Counted from the stretch's first letter, positions 39,484 through 50,003 are shown. The stretch: DNA of 64,000 nucleotides from Collinsella sp. (GCA_019413955.1 DXMX01000001.1:33656-97655); one strand, 5' to 3'. Notes: a model not told the origin generated them from the letters alone. Translations and numbers: made by a program.

Positions 39484-40392
39484 ATGGACTGCTATTTCGG
39501 TATAGATGCGGGCGGCACTCAGGTGAAATGGGCGGTGGTGAACGCCGACTACCGCATTGAGGAGCACGGAAGTATCCCAACATGCACCTCGCCCGCCGAC
39601 CAGGTTATCGAAACGTTCCGCTCGGTGATCGAGCCCCATCGCGCCCGGGTGAGGGGTGTGGGAATAAGTATGCCCGGAGTCTTTTCCGAAGGCGATTCCG
39701 ATGGCGTGGTTGGGGGAGGCGGCGCCCTTCACTGTTTGGACGGATATCCGCTCGGTCGCATCTTGCGCGAGAGCACGGGGCTTCCCGTAACCATCGAGAA
39801 CGATGCGATGTGCGCGGCACTGGGAGAATATGCCGTCGGCGCGCTGAAGGGGGTCTCCCTGGGGTTGATGGTGGTGATCGGTACGGGTCTCGGCGGTGCC
39901 ATCGTTGTTGACGGTCACATCTTGCGAGGCGCGCACAATCTCGCCGGCACCGTGTGCTTTGTGAGCAACGATGTGCGCAAGCCTGTGACCTTTGGGTCGG
40001 TGTACGGTGATGTCACCAGCTGGCGGGCGCTCCGAGACCAGGTGTGTGCGGCGAAGGGGATTGATCCGACCGATGATATCGACGGATATCGGATTTTCTC
40101 TTGGATTGAAGAGGGGGATGAGGACGCTCGTCGCGGTCTGGATGCATACGCGTTGGTCTTCGACAACATGCTGATGGGGTTGCAGTCGGTCATCGACCCT
40201 GAGGTCATCGTGGTCGGCGGCGGAATCAGCGCCCGTCCCGAGCTGTTTGAGGCATTTGAGCGCATGATGGATCAGGCTCACGTTCTTCCCATCATACCGA
40301 GGCCCTGCATCAAGCCAGCACAGAACGGCAACGATGCCAATTTGCTTGGCGCTGTGCGCACGCTGCGCCGCTCGCTTGGCGAGTGCGATTGA
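39484..40392 (+). CDS. ROK family sugar kinase (beta-glucoside kinase-like)
   Basis: GIDAGGT, ENDA..AALGE, GTGLGG, GGGIS, N.A.LLGA. Confidence 0.9.
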   Translation: MDCYFGIDAGGTQVKWAVVNADYRIEEHGSIPTCTSPADQVIETFRSVIEPHRARVRGVGISMPGVFSEGDSDGVVGGGGALHCLDGYPLGRILRESTGLPVTIENDAMCAALGEYAVGALKGVSLGLMVVIGTGLGGAIVVDGHILRGAHNLAGTVCFVSNDVRKPVTFGSVYGDVTSWRALRDQVCAAKGIDPTDDIDGYRIFSWIEEGDEDARRGLDAYALVFDNMLMGLQSVIDPEVIVVGGGISARPELFEAFERMMDQAHVLPIIPRPCIKPAQNGNDANLLGAVRTLRRSLGECD

Positions 40393-40441
40393 TTGGCGGC
40401 TGGTGGCCCGACTCGCGGCCTCCTGTCCTAAAAAAAGAGTA

Positions 40442-40524
40442 TGGGCTCCTTCGTTCATTCGAACGAAGGAGCCCACGTTTTGTAAGGGGCCTCCTGGCGA
40501 ATTTTCATTCGCCAGGAGGCCTTT
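40442..40524 (+). terminator. Two tandem 15-bp-stem hairpins ending the PTS operon
   Basis: TGGGCTCCTTCGTTC/GAACGAAGGAGCCCA and GGCCTCCTGGCGAAT/ATTCGCCAGGAGGCC followed by TTT. Confidence 0.65.
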
Positions 40525-40546
40525 TGCTGTTGATCGAGAATGTCGC

Positions 40547-40749
40547 TGGACAGTTAGTTCAGATACGTATTTTTCAGAGGGTGTGTAAAGGCCGACCTGA
40601 GCCCGATTGGGCTGAATTTGACTTTCTGAACCGGTGGAGACGCTCATATAAGGGGGAGAAAGGTTGTCATGGGGCTCAAAGTGACTTCAAACCACTCTAT
40701 TAGCGCCAAGAAGCACGGCCAAAAAATACGTATCTGAACTAACTGTCCA
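40547..40749. mobile_element. MITE-like element with perfect 28-bp terminal inverted repeats
   Basis: TGGACAGTTAGTTCAGATACGTATTTTT (40547-40574) and its exact reverse complement (40722-40749); 147-bp non-coding interior; no target-site duplication seen. Confidence 0.55.
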
Positions 40750-41005
40750 CAACCCTCCGCAAACCTTTCATTCCAACCCAAATCAGCCAACGTACGTCAT
40801 GGCAATTCCCGGTAGGTCGCAGGGCGCTTCGCGGGCGGGCCAGGCTTTATCTGAACGACTTTGCGAAGCAACCGGAGTGAAGATGAAAACACCAGACCGC
40901 CGCGGGGCACCCGCAGACCGCAGGGACGGGAGCAGCTATACTACTCTCAGTAGTTAAGGGTCGCGGATTGGCCGCGTCACCGCTCTCAACAGGAGGTCTT
41001 TGTTT

Positions 41006-41470
41006 ATGGCAGATCAAAAGCCGGTTGTCGGGATTATCATGGGCTCCAAGTCCGATCTGGGCGTTATGGAAGGCTGCACCGCCGAGCTCGAGGCGCTTGG
41101 TGTGCCCTATGAGCTCGTCATTGCGAGCGCACACCGCACGCCGGCGAAGGTCCACGAGTGGGCCTCGACTGCTGCCGATCGCGGTATCAAAGTGATTATC
41201 GCCGCCGCCGGCAAGGCCGCTCACCTGGGTGGTGTCGTGGCTGCCTTTACGCCGCTGCCGGTCATCGGCGTGCCTATGAAGACGAGTGACCTGGGCGGCA
41301 TGGATTCGCTGCTGTCGATGGTGCAGATGCCTTCGGGCGTGCCCGTGGCCTGCGTTGCCATCAACGGCGCCAAGAACGCCGCCATCTACGCCACGCAGAT
41401 TCTGGGCGCTTGCGACCCCGAGTACCGCAAGGTTATCGAGAAGATGAAGCAGGAGATGGCCGACGCCTAG
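41006..41470 (+). CDS. purE: N5-carboxyaminoimidazole ribonucleotide mutase
   Basis: IIMGSKSD, SAHRTP, AG.AAHL.G, SMVQMPSGVPVA. Confidence 0.97.
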   Translation: MADQKPVVGIIMGSKSDLGVMEGCTAELEALGVPYELVIASAHRTPAKVHEWASTAADRGIKVIIAAAGKAAHLGGVVAAFTPLPVIGVPMKTSDLGGMDSLLSMVQMPSGVPVACVAINGAKNAAIYATQILGACDPEYRKVIEKMKQEMADA

Positions 41471-41505
41471 GCGTTCCGCCGTTTCACCGCAGTATAAGGA
41501 GAGCC

Positions 41506-42510
41506 ATGTCCGACTATCAGGGAAAACGATTCAAGGCTTCTCAGATTCCCGATCCGTCGAAGCCGGGTGCTGCCCATGCGGCACAGCAGGGTCGGACATC
41601 CTCTCCTCAGCAGCCGCGCGCGCCGCGTCCCGTAACGCCGATGTCCCATCATCGCCAGGATACGCCGGCTGCATATCGCCCTTCGTCGTATGATACGGCC
41701 AAGAAAGAATCGCGTTCTACGAAACAGTCGGGCGCTGCTCCGTCGAGCTATACCGAGCCGCCGCGCAAAAAGCGCCGCTCCGTTATCCCCATCTTGCTCA
41801 TCATTATTGGCATCGGCCTAATCGTTGCTGCTGCCGCCATCTTTATCAACGCCCAGATTGGCTACAAGCAGGCGAGCGAGTCGTATCAAAAGATCGAAAA
41901 ACAATATGTGAGCGACAAGGACGCCAGCGGCGTGCCGATTATCGACTTTGATGCACTTGCCCAGACGAATCCCGAGGTTGTGGGTTGGATTTATGCGCCC
42001 GGCACCAACATCAACTATCCCGTCGTGCAGACCAGCAACAACTCCAAATACCTCAACACGCTGTTTGACGGTACGGCTAACGCGTCCGGTGCCATCTTCT
42101 TGGATAGCGACGACACCGCGCCGGGCATGGTGGATCAGCAGACCACGATCTACGGCCACCATATGAACGATGGGTCGATGTTCAACGTGATTTCGGACAC
42201 CACCGACCAAGCGACGTTCGATAGCATCGAGTACGTGTATTACATCACGCGCGATGCAACGTATAAGCTGCGTCCGCTGGCGACCAAGGTGGTCGAGGAC
42301 ACGTATGCCAAGGCGCGCACGCCCAACTTTGAGGGCGATGACGGACTGAAGAATTATCTGTCCGAGATGCTCGACGGTGCCTCTGCCGTGGCGAGCGATG
42401 CCACCGATCGTGCCGCTTCGGCAACCAAGGTCGTAACGCTTGTGACCTGCCGTTCGCTGTCATTTAGCAATACGCGCGCCGTCATGGTGCTCACGCCGGT
42501 CGAGGAATAA
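41506..42510 (+). CDS. srtB: Class B sortase
   Basis: TM anchor, NPEVVGWI, INYPVVQ, IYGHHM, TLVTC...R; ATG after AAGGAG. Confidence 0.88.
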   Translation: MSDYQGKRFKASQIPDPSKPGAAHAAQQGRTSSPQQPRAPRPVTPMSHHRQDTPAAYRPSSYDTAKKESRSTKQSGAAPSSYTEPPRKKRRSVIPILLIIIGIGLIVAAAAIFINAQIGYKQASESYQKIEKQYVSDKDASGVPIIDFDALAQTNPEVVGWIYAPGTNINYPVVQTSNNSKYLNTLFDGTANASGAIFLDSDDTAPGMVDQQTTIYGHHMNDGSMFNVISDTTDQATFDSIEYVYYITRDATYKLRPLATKVVEDTYAKARTPNFEGDDGLKNYLSEMLDGASAVASDATDRAASATKVVTLVTCRSLSFSNTRAVMVLTPVEE

Positions 42511-42560
42511 AGTGTCCGGGCCCCGTCCCAAAAAGACTACCCTGGAAATCAAAAGGAGAA

Positions 42561-42980
42561 ATGATGCTTGAGAACGGCAAATCGATGCCTTCGGTTGATG
42601 CTTGGCTGCGCGAAGCCAAGGCCGATGTTTCGGCGGCTGATTGTGGGATGTACCTGACACACAACGGCGTGGTGCGCGCGACGCCCAAGGCCGAAGTGCG
42701 CGGAGTCGAGACCGATGGCGTGGCGCCAGGCCACAAGGTGGGCGGCATGGTGTTTGGCTTCGATGCCGAAAAGGTGCAGGCCGCTATCGAGGCGACGCGC
42801 ACGATGCCGGGTATCGGCTATGTGCGCGTGTGGCTGGCGAGCGGCGAGCTTACCGTGGGCGACGACATCATGCTCGTGCTCATTGGCGGAGACATTCGCC
42901 CGCATGTGGTCGATGCGCTGCAGTCGCTCGTCGGTACCATCAAGAACGAGTGCGTGAGCGAGGTCGAGCGCGAGGCGTAA
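42561..42980 (+). CDS. MoaE family (molybdopterin synthase large subunit-like) protein
   Basis: H.GVVR, G.L.VGD.I..V...G..R, IK pattern. Confidence 0.75.
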   Translation: MMLENGKSMPSVDAWLREAKADVSAADCGMYLTHNGVVRATPKAEVRGVETDGVAPGHKVGGMVFGFDAEKVQAAIEATRTMPGIGYVRVWLASGELTVGDDIMLVLIGGDIRPHVVDALQSLVGTIKNECVSEVEREA

Positions 42981-43013
42981 GGCCTCGTCGGCAATCCGAG
43001 TCTGTCTATAGCG

Positions 43014-43054
43014 AAAGCCCGCCGGCAGTTCATGTAGATCTGCCAGCGGGCTTT
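43014..43054. terminator. Bidirectional terminator between convergent genes
   Basis: AAAGCCCGCCGGCAG...CTGCCAGCGGGCTTT. Confidence 0.65.
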
Positions 43055-43086
43055 GATGTGTTGGAGCTATTTTGCTCGGGCGTTTG

Positions 43087-44316
43087 CTACACGCGTGTGG
43101 CGTCCTTGGGGCTCATGGTCATACTCTGAAAACGGTTCTCCATATATTCGTTATCGAAATGCTTGTCATAGAACTGTGCGACGGGAATATTTCGAATGGT
43201 TCCGTTGACGCGCTGATACCAATAGTCGAGCGATTGCAACGTCATGACGCCGTCGATCAACATGACGGCGGTCAGGATGACGGTAGCAGAGTAGCGGCGT
43301 TTCCATGGAATCATATTGATGAGCTTAAGCAGGCGCGGCAGCAAGACCTTGATCCAGATGAGGCCACCCAGGCCCCACATGCAGGCAAACGGCGTGCATG
43401 TGCGTCCCCCGGTCAATACCGCGATGGGATCGGGCATGCCGAATAGCCTAATGTGTGAATAGCTCCACGACACCACGCCAAATGAGGTCTGCATAAACCA
43501 GCCTACAAACACCTCGAAAGCGCCGCCGATCAGGGCACTTACCAGGAAAATGATCAGAGGATTCTTTTTATAGAAGCGGTTGAGCGCCATGGTCATGAGC
43601 ACCGCGCCAAATCCGTAGATGGGGCTAAAGGGGCCAAATAGCATACCGGCACGGTCCTGATAGACGCCGGGATCGACGACGACCATATGCCAGACTTCCT
43701 CGAGAATGAGACCTAACACGCTGCAGACGAAGAATACCCAGAACAGGTTGAAGTAGTTGAGCTTGATGTAGCCCTCGCCGGTTTCGTCGCGGCCGAGCAT
43801 CCCCTCGGCGGCGGCATCGCGGTCGAGCATCTCTTGCAGACGGCGCTGCAGTTCGCGCTCCTGGCGTAGCGTGGGGTCGACGGTGGCCGACAGCGCAATG
43901 AGGATGACAAGCTGGACGGCGGGGCGCAGCAGGAAGGGTCCGATGCCCTGGAGCATCACGTCAACTAAAAGCTCCACGACGGTAAATGCGATGAGGACGT
44001 AAGACAGGCGGGCGGCATTGCGCCGCTGGTCCTTGATGAGGTCCAGGCCAAAGACGATCAAGATGATCGCGCTTGCCGCCGAGAGCATAATGCCGGCGAC
44101 GATAAGGCCAACCGCGACCAGGGTGTTATCACCGAGCTTAGCGGCGACGTTGCCGTTAATGAGTGCGGTGATGACCTGCCACATAAAGACGGCGACTGAC
44201 GGGAGCGTGCCCACGCCAGATAGGGTGCACAGGACTGCGTAGACCTTGATGATAAGGGGGATCTTCTTGGCCTCCGTGGTGCTGGGGACACTGGGGTCGA
44301 GTTGATTTCGATCCAT
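43087..44316 (-). CDS. Putative ABC transporter permease (DUF1113-like) membrane protein
   Basis: F..CS.LG...E, RAG.LFGPFSPIYG.GA, W.YS, WG..G motifs. Confidence 0.78.
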   Translation of the reverse strand: MDRNQLDPSVPSTTEAKKIPLIIKVYAVLCTLSGVGTLPSVAVFMWQVITALINGNVAAKLGDNTLVAVGLIVAGIMLSAASAIILIVFGLDLIKDQRRNAARLSYVLIAFTVVELLVDVMLQGIGPFLLRPAVQLVILIALSATVDPTLRQERELQRRLQEMLDRDAAAEGMLGRDETGEGYIKLNYFNLFWVFFVCSVLGLILEEVWHMVVVDPGVYQDRAGMLFGPFSPIYGFGAVLMTMALNRFYKKNPLIIFLVSALIGGAFEVFVGWFMQTSFGVVSWSYSHIRLFGMPDPIAVLTGGRTCTPFACMWGLGGLIWIKVLLPRLLKLINMIPWKRRYSATVILTAVMLIDGVMTLQSLDYWYQRVNGTIRNIPVAQFYDKHFDNEYMENRFQSMTMSPKDATRV

Positions 44317-44612
44317 ACGCTACCTTTCTCGTCTTGTAGTAGCCTACAAGGATACGCCGACGACCAGCTAAAAGACAGGACGAACGTCCCAATTGCAACA
44401 ATGTAGCCCCTAGCGCGGGCGAGACACGGCGCACAGGAAGTCTTCGAGGCCGTTGCCCCTGAGAGCGGACTACCCAATAAAATGTTTGGTCGCAAAACGG
44501 ATAATAAGCTCGGTGGGCTTTTAAAAAGCGCTGCTCATGCGCGGGGGAGCGCGTCGCGCCGTGCGTATAATAAGGTGGGTAACGCCAAAATACGAGGCTC
44601 TGAGGGGATGCC

Positions 44613-46283
44613 ATGTCTCAAGAAACCATCCGCGCGGCCGAGCGTGCCGCGGGACAGGTGAACGCCATGTCGACGTATGATCCGGACTCTGACCAGCTGC
44701 ATGAGGAATGCGGCGTTTTTGGTGTCTGGGCGCCCGATCGCGACGTGGCTCGACTGACGTACTTTGGCCTGCGTGCACTGCAGCATCGCGGCCAAGAATC
44801 GGCGGGAATCGCCGTTGGTGACGGCGGTACGGTTATGGTCCGCAAGGATCTGGGCCTGCTCGACCGCGTGTTCTCCAATGCCGACTTGTCGACGCTCTCC
44901 GGTCAGCTGGCCGTGGGTCATGTGCGCTACGGCACCGCCGGCGCCAAGAGCTGGGAAGCCTCTCAGCCGCACCTCTCTACCATCAATAGCGTCATTATCG
45001 CGCTCGCGCACAACGGCACCCTCGTCAACACCGACGAGCTGCGTCGCCAGCTGATCGAGCTGGGCGTACCGTTCCTCTCCAACTCGGATTCCGAGGTCGC
45101 GACCAAACTCATCGGCTACTTTACTCAGCGTACTGGCCATCTGCGCGAGGGCATTCGCAAGACCATGGAGCTCGTGCGCGGCGGCTACGCCATGACGCTC
45201 ATCAACGAGCAGGCGCTCTACGCATTCCGCGATCCGCACGGCATTCGCCCGCTCGTGCTGGGAAAGCTGGTGGATGAGGGCCTGGACCAGGCCGATGCCG
45301 CATCCGTTTCGCAGCTGCCGTCGCAGGACGGCGCCGCGACGGTCGACGCCACCACCCATGTCACGCGCGCCGGCGGCTGGGTCGTTGCCTCCGAGACCTG
45401 CGCGCTCGATATCGTGGGCGCCGAGTACGTCCGCGACGTCCGTCCCGGTGAGATTTTGCGCATCAGCGCCGAGGGCCTTGTGTCCGAGCAGGGCGTGCCT
45501 GCCGCCGAAGAGCCTGCTAACTGCATTTTTGAGCAGGTCTACTTTGCTCGCCCCGATTCCATCATGAACGGCAAGAGCGTCTACGCCTGCCGTTATGACA
45601 TGGGTCGTCAGCTGGCACATGAGGAGCCCGTCGAGGCCGACCTGGTCATCGGCGTGCCCGACTCCGGCCTGCCGCCCGCGGAGGGCTATTCGCACGAGAG
45701 TGGCATTCCCTTTGGCGAGGGCCTCATCAAGAACCGCTATGTGGGCCGTACGTTTATCGAGCCTACGCAGGAGCTGCGTGCCATGGGCGTGCGTATGAAG
45801 CTCAACCCGCTGCGTGACAACATCGAGGGCAAGCGCCTGGTCGTCATCGACGACTCCATCGTGCGCGGCACCACCATGGTGCAGCTCGTCAAGATGCTGC
45901 GCAACGCCGGCGCCAAGGAGATTCATATCCGCATCAACTCGCCCGAGGTCATCTGGCCGTGCTTCTACGGTATCGATACCGACGTGCAGTCGCAGCTTAT
46001 CAGCGCCAACAAGACGGTCGACGAGATTTGCGAGTATATCGGCGCCGATTCGCTGGCCTTCCTTTCGGTCGAGGGCCTGCTTAAGGTCATGCCCAAGGGC
46101 GGTTACTGCGATGCGTGCTTTACCGGCCGCTACCCCGTGGCGATTCCCGAGAGCTTTGGCCGCGACAAGTTCATGGAGGGCTTTAAGCCCCGCAACCTGG
46201 ACAAGCCGCTGCACTTTGATGACGACGCCGTGGTCGAGAAATACGACGATCGCAGCTGGGAAGAGGAACACGGCGAGGCCTAA
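44613..46283 (+). CDS. purF: Amidophosphoribosyltransferase
   Basis: Propeptide HEE|CGVFG, LQHRGQE, GHVRY, DDSIVRGTT, C.YGID, CDACF.G.YP. Confidence 0.97.
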   Translation: MSQETIRAAERAAGQVNAMSTYDPDSDQLHEECGVFGVWAPDRDVARLTYFGLRALQHRGQESAGIAVGDGGTVMVRKDLGLLDRVFSNADLSTLSGQLAVGHVRYGTAGAKSWEASQPHLSTINSVIIALAHNGTLVNTDELRRQLIELGVPFLSNSDSEVATKLIGYFTQRTGHLREGIRKTMELVRGGYAMTLINEQALYAFRDPHGIRPLVLGKLVDEGLDQADAASVSQLPSQDGAATVDATTHVTRAGGWVVASETCALDIVGAEYVRDVRPGEILRISAEGLVSEQGVPAAEEPANCIFEQVYFARPDSIMNGKSVYACRYDMGRQLAHEEPVEADLVIGVPDSGLPPAEGYSHESGIPFGEGLIKNRYVGRTFIEPTQELRAMGVRMKLNPLRDNIEGKRLVVIDDSIVRGTTMVQLVKMLRNAGAKEIHIRINSPEVIWPCFYGIDTDVQSQLISANKTVDEICEYIGADSLAFLSVEGLLKVMPKGGYCDACFTGRYPVAIPESFGRDKFMEGFKPRNLDKPLHFDDDAVVEKYDDRSWEEEHGEA

Positions 46284-46439
46284 AACCTGCCAAAAAGGGA
46301 CAGGTTTATTTTGGTAGGTTTTACCTGCTGTTTTGTTGATATGACGGCGCGCGTTGTTATGGCGCGCGCCGAAATGAACGCAACTATGAGCACCGTTTGG
46401 CGCCCGGGCGGCGGACGGTAGTGGGAGAGGAAGGCTCAG

Positions 46440-47543
46440 ATGAGCGACAGCAAGCATGTGACGTATGAGGATGCCGGCGTCGATACCGCCGAGGGCGGCC
46501 GCGCCGTTGACGCTATTAAGCAGATGGTTAAGGACACCAACCGTCCCGAGGTCATCGGCGGCATCGGTGGCTTTGGTGGCCTGTTCTCGGCTGCCGCGCT
46601 TAAGGATATGGAAGACCCGATTCTGATTAGCGGTACCGACGGCGTGGGCACCAAGCTCGTGCTCGCCCAGATCATGGACCGTCACGAGACGGTGGGCCAG
46701 GACCTGGTTGCTATGTGCGTCAACGACATTCTGGCTTCGGGTGCCGAGCCGCTGTTCTTCCTGGACTACGTTGCCATCGGCCACATCGAGGCCGAGCACA
46801 TGGCAAAGATCATCAAGGGTGTGGCCGACGGCTGCAAGCTCGCGGGCTGCGCGCTCGTGGGCGGCGAGATGGCCGAGCACCCCGGCGTCATGGCTCCTGC
46901 CGACTACGACCTTGCCGGATTTACCGTGGGCGTCGTCGACCGTCCCAAGATGCTCGACCCTGCGAACGTCCGCCCCGGCGACGTGATCCTGGGCCTGCCT
47001 TCCACCGGCGTGCACTCCAACGGCTACTCGCTCGTGCGTAAGGTCATTGGCGTCGACGGTATTAAGCCGGGCACGCCCGAGGCCGCCGCTAAGGCCGAGG
47101 AGCTGAGCCGTCCGCTCGAGGAACTCGGCGGTGCATCGCTGGCAGACGCCCTGTTGGCCCCCACGCGCATCTATGTCAAGCCGATTCTGGAGCTGCTGCG
47201 CGGTGGCGCTCCGGTGCACGCCATCGCCCACATCACCGGCGGCGGCATCACCGAGAACCTCAACCGCGCGCTCGCCGACGACGTCGACGCCGTGGTCACC
47301 CGCAACGGCGCCGAGATGGGTTGGGACGTTCCGCCCGTCATCACCTACGTGTCGCGCCAGGCCGAGCTCGCGCCCAACGAGGCATGCAAGACCTTCAACA
47401 TGGGCGTTGGCCTGTGCCTGATCGTCGCCCCCGAGGACGAGGCTGCCGTGACCGAGGCCCTGGTCGCGCTGGGCGAGAAGCCGTTCCGCGTGGGCGAGTG
47501 CGTCGAGGGCTCCGGTAAGGTCGTGTACTCCGATGAGCGCTAA
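46440..47543 (+). CDS. purM: Phosphoribosylformylglycinamidine cyclo-ligase
   Basis: Y..AGVD, GTDGVGTK, PLFFLDY, HSNGYSL, HITGGG, TFNMG. Confidence 0.97.
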   Translation: MSDSKHVTYEDAGVDTAEGGRAVDAIKQMVKDTNRPEVIGGIGGFGGLFSAAALKDMEDPILISGTDGVGTKLVLAQIMDRHETVGQDLVAMCVNDILASGAEPLFFLDYVAIGHIEAEHMAKIIKGVADGCKLAGCALVGGEMAEHPGVMAPADYDLAGFTVGVVDRPKMLDPANVRPGDVILGLPSTGVHSNGYSLVRKVIGVDGIKPGTPEAAAKAEELSRPLEELGGASLADALLAPTRIYVKPILELLRGGAPVHAIAHITGGGITENLNRALADDVDAVVTRNGAEMGWDVPPVITYVSRQAELAPNEACKTFNMGVGLCLIVAPEDEAAVTEALVALGEKPFRVGECVEGSGKVVYSDER

Positions 47544-48231
47544 CGAGCAGATGGCTGCTGCCGCGAGCCTGGGCTTTGTGCCCTACACCCGTCCGACCGG
47601 CACCGATACGGCCGAGCCGCTCAAGATCGGTGTGCTCATCAGCGGTTCGGGTACCAACCTGCAGGCGCTGATCGATCTGATCGCCGCCGGCAAGCTCAAC
47701 GCTTCGATTGAGCTTGTGGTGTCGAGCCGTCCTTCGGCTAAGGGTTTGCAGCGCGCTGAGCGCGCGGGCATCCAGACGCTCACGCTGTCCAAGGATGTCT
47801 ATGCCGACCCCATCGCCGCCGACGAGATCATCGCGCACGAGCTGCTCGAGCGCGGCTGCGAATATGTGGTCATGGCCGGTTACATGCGCATGGTGCACAC
47901 GCCGCTGCTGGCGGCGTTTCCCAACCGCGTGGTCAACTTGCATCCGGCACTGCTGCCGAGCTTTACCGGCGCGCATGCGATCGACGATGCCTTTGCGCGC
48001 GGCGTCAAGGTAACCGGTGTGACCGTGCACTTTGCCAACGAGATCTACGACAACGGCCCCATCATCGCCCAGCGCGCGCTGGCTGTCGAGGAAGGTTGGG
48101 ATGTCGACACGCTCGAGGAGCACATCCACGCGATTGAGCACGTGCTGTATCCCGAGGTCGTGCAAATGCTCGCCGACGGCCGCGTCCACGTGCTGGAGAG
48201 CGGCAAGGTCGCCGTGGATCCTGTGAAATAA
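47533..48231 (+). CDS. purN: Phosphoribosylglycinamide formyltransferase
   Basis: SGSGTNLQAL, AGYMR, NLHPALLP.F.G, TGVTVH. Confidence 0.97.
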   Translation: MSANEQMAAAASLGFVPYTRPTGTDTAEPLKIGVLISGSGTNLQALIDLIAAGKLNASIELVVSSRPSAKGLQRAERAGIQTLTLSKDVYADPIAADEIIAHELLERGCEYVVMAGYMRMVHTPLLAAFPNRVVNLHPALLPSFTGAHAIDDAFARGVKVTGVTVHFANEIYDNGPIIAQRALAVEEGWDVDTLEEHIHAIEHVLYPEVVQMLADGRVHVLESGKVAVDPVK

Positions 48232-48243
48232 TTACCCGCTTGT

Positions 48244-48285
48244 AAAGGCGGTTAGGCATATCGAAGACGCCTAACCGCCTTTTTT
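48244..48285 (+). terminator. purFMN terminator
   Basis: AAAGGCGGTTAGGC...GCCTAACCGCCTTTTTT. Confidence 0.75.
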
Positions 48286-48506
48286 ATTGCGCTTTATGCT
48301 GCTTGATTTAGCTGGAATTGAATAGGCTGCTCTTCTTGCCTGTCAATTACAGTAGTCGACTCTCATGTGGAATGCCGAGCTTCCGGCATGAGATTATCTG
48401 GGAAAACGACCAGAAAACTTGGCATTCGGCTTCAAATTGCGCATAATTCTATTTATCATCTATTTAACATTTTGTTATCAAAAATGAGCGCAAGGAGGCT
48501 GGCTCA

Positions 48507-49973
48507 ATGGGTGAAGCAGATGGCATGGAGCTGATTTATTCACTCGTCGGTTATCCTGATGAAACCGAGTGGCTTGAATTTAAAGAAGGCAATAGCGATC
48601 CCGTTAGAACGGGGCGTGACATCTCGGCGCTTGCCAATGCTGCCGCTTACTGCGGCCGCGCATATGCCTATAAGATCTGGGGCGTGAGCGACGGTACGCA
48701 TGAGCTTGTGGGCACCCAGTTCAACCCATATCACGCAAAGGGTAAGGGAAACCAAGAGCTTTTGATGTGGCTCAAGCTTGCGCTCTCAAACAATGCGAAT
48801 TACGAGTTTGCGGTTATTGATCATGAGACAAAGCACTTTGTGGTGTTGAAAGTGCACGCCGCGAGCGCTCAGCCGGTCTATTTTGATAAGACAGCCTTCA
48901 TTCGAGAGGGCTCTTCGACGGCAGAACTGGTTCCCGGTAGTGCACGAGAGGCGGAGCTGTGGCGTCGCTTACAGTCAGGGAACGCGGAGCTCGCTGTAGT
49001 TGAGAGAGATCTGACATCTCGAGAGGTCGCCGAAATACTAGATGTTGATGCGTATTTTGAGTTGTGCAGATTGAGAAGACCTGTCGATTTGGACGGAGTG
49101 ATGCTTGCTCTTTGTGAACAAGAGCTGATTCGTCGTCAAGATAACGGCCGATATAGTGTGACGCGCTTGGGAATGCTTCTGGTGGGAAAAAAGCTCTCTC
49201 GCTACCCGGAGCTCAGGAAACGCATGCTGCGAATCGTGCGATATGCGGGAAAAGGCAGTTTTGACATTGTCGGGGATACTGAAATCGACAAGGGCTACGC
49301 TTTGGCGCTTCCACAGGCTGAACAGCTGGTCATGTCGATGATTCCGGCTGTTGAGGCACTGGATGGCGCATTTCGACGTATTCAGACGGCTTATCCTCAA
49401 AGGGCGATTCGCGAGTTACTATCAAACGCCGTGATTCATCAAGACATTGCTGACAATACGGCGGGGCCTCTTGTTGCGATTTACGACAATCGCATTGAGT
49501 TCTCTAATCCCGGGACAACGCTTATTCCGGCAGAACGAGTGCTCAACGCCCAGCCGAAAACGCGAAATTCGATGATAGCGTCCCTCATGCGCCAAATGGA
49601 TCTTTGCGAAGAAGGCGGTACAGGCTGGGATTTAATCGTAGATTCGCTCGAAAAAGCCGGCATGCCTTCACCGGTTATCAAGAGTGAGGGCGGGCTGGGA
49701 ACGCTCGTGACGCTCTATTGCGACTGTCCGTATACTCGAATGAAAAAAAGTGAGCGAAAAAACGCCGTGTACTGGCATGCCTGTCTTTTGTATGCCCAAG
49801 GTGAGTCGATGAGCAATCAGTCGCTGCGAGAGCGTTTTGGACTTTCCGATGAAAAGAAAAACACGGTGGCGATGTCTCGTCTAATCAAAGAGTGCCTGGA
49901 AGAGGCATTGATAAAGGAAGAGGACGAGGACGCGGGTTCCAAATACAAAAGGTATATTCCGTATTGGGCCTAA
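48507..49973 (+). CDS. AlbA_2 (Schlafen-like) + HATPase_c_4 ATP-binding protein with C-terminal wHTH
   Basis: ETEWLEFK...ISALAN...WGVSD; YP..AIRELLSNAVIHQD, NPG, RN, E..GTG; atypical codon usage. Confidence 0.8.
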   Translation: MGEADGMELIYSLVGYPDETEWLEFKEGNSDPVRTGRDISALANAAAYCGRAYAYKIWGVSDGTHELVGTQFNPYHAKGKGNQELLMWLKLALSNNANYEFAVIDHETKHFVVLKVHAASAQPVYFDKTAFIREGSSTAELVPGSAREAELWRRLQSGNAELAVVERDLTSREVAEILDVDAYFELCRLRRPVDLDGVMLALCEQELIRRQDNGRYSVTRLGMLLVGKKLSRYPELRKRMLRIVRYAGKGSFDIVGDTEIDKGYALALPQAEQLVMSMIPAVEALDGAFRRIQTAYPQRAIRELLSNAVIHQDIADNTAGPLVAIYDNRIEFSNPGTTLIPAERVLNAQPKTRNSMIASLMRQMDLCEEGGTGWDLIVDSLEKAGMPSPVIKSEGGLGTLVTLYCDCPYTRMKKSERKNAVYWHACLLYAQGESMSNQSLRERFGLSDEKKNTVAMSRLIKECLEEALIKEEDEDAGSKYKRYIPYWA

Positions 49974-50003
49974 AGACAGGGAATGAAAAGAAGGAGGCGG
50001 CTT

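Noticed and set aside
40800..41005. Purine-sensing riboswitch upstream of purE (also checked upstream of purF)
   Set aside because: No purine, ZTP or PRPP aptamer consensus recognisable by eye.
42561..42980. Orphan MoaE-like gene as part of a novel sulfur-transfer system with the sortase
   Set aside because: No MoaD/ThiS or E1-like partner nearby; adjacency alone is not evidence.
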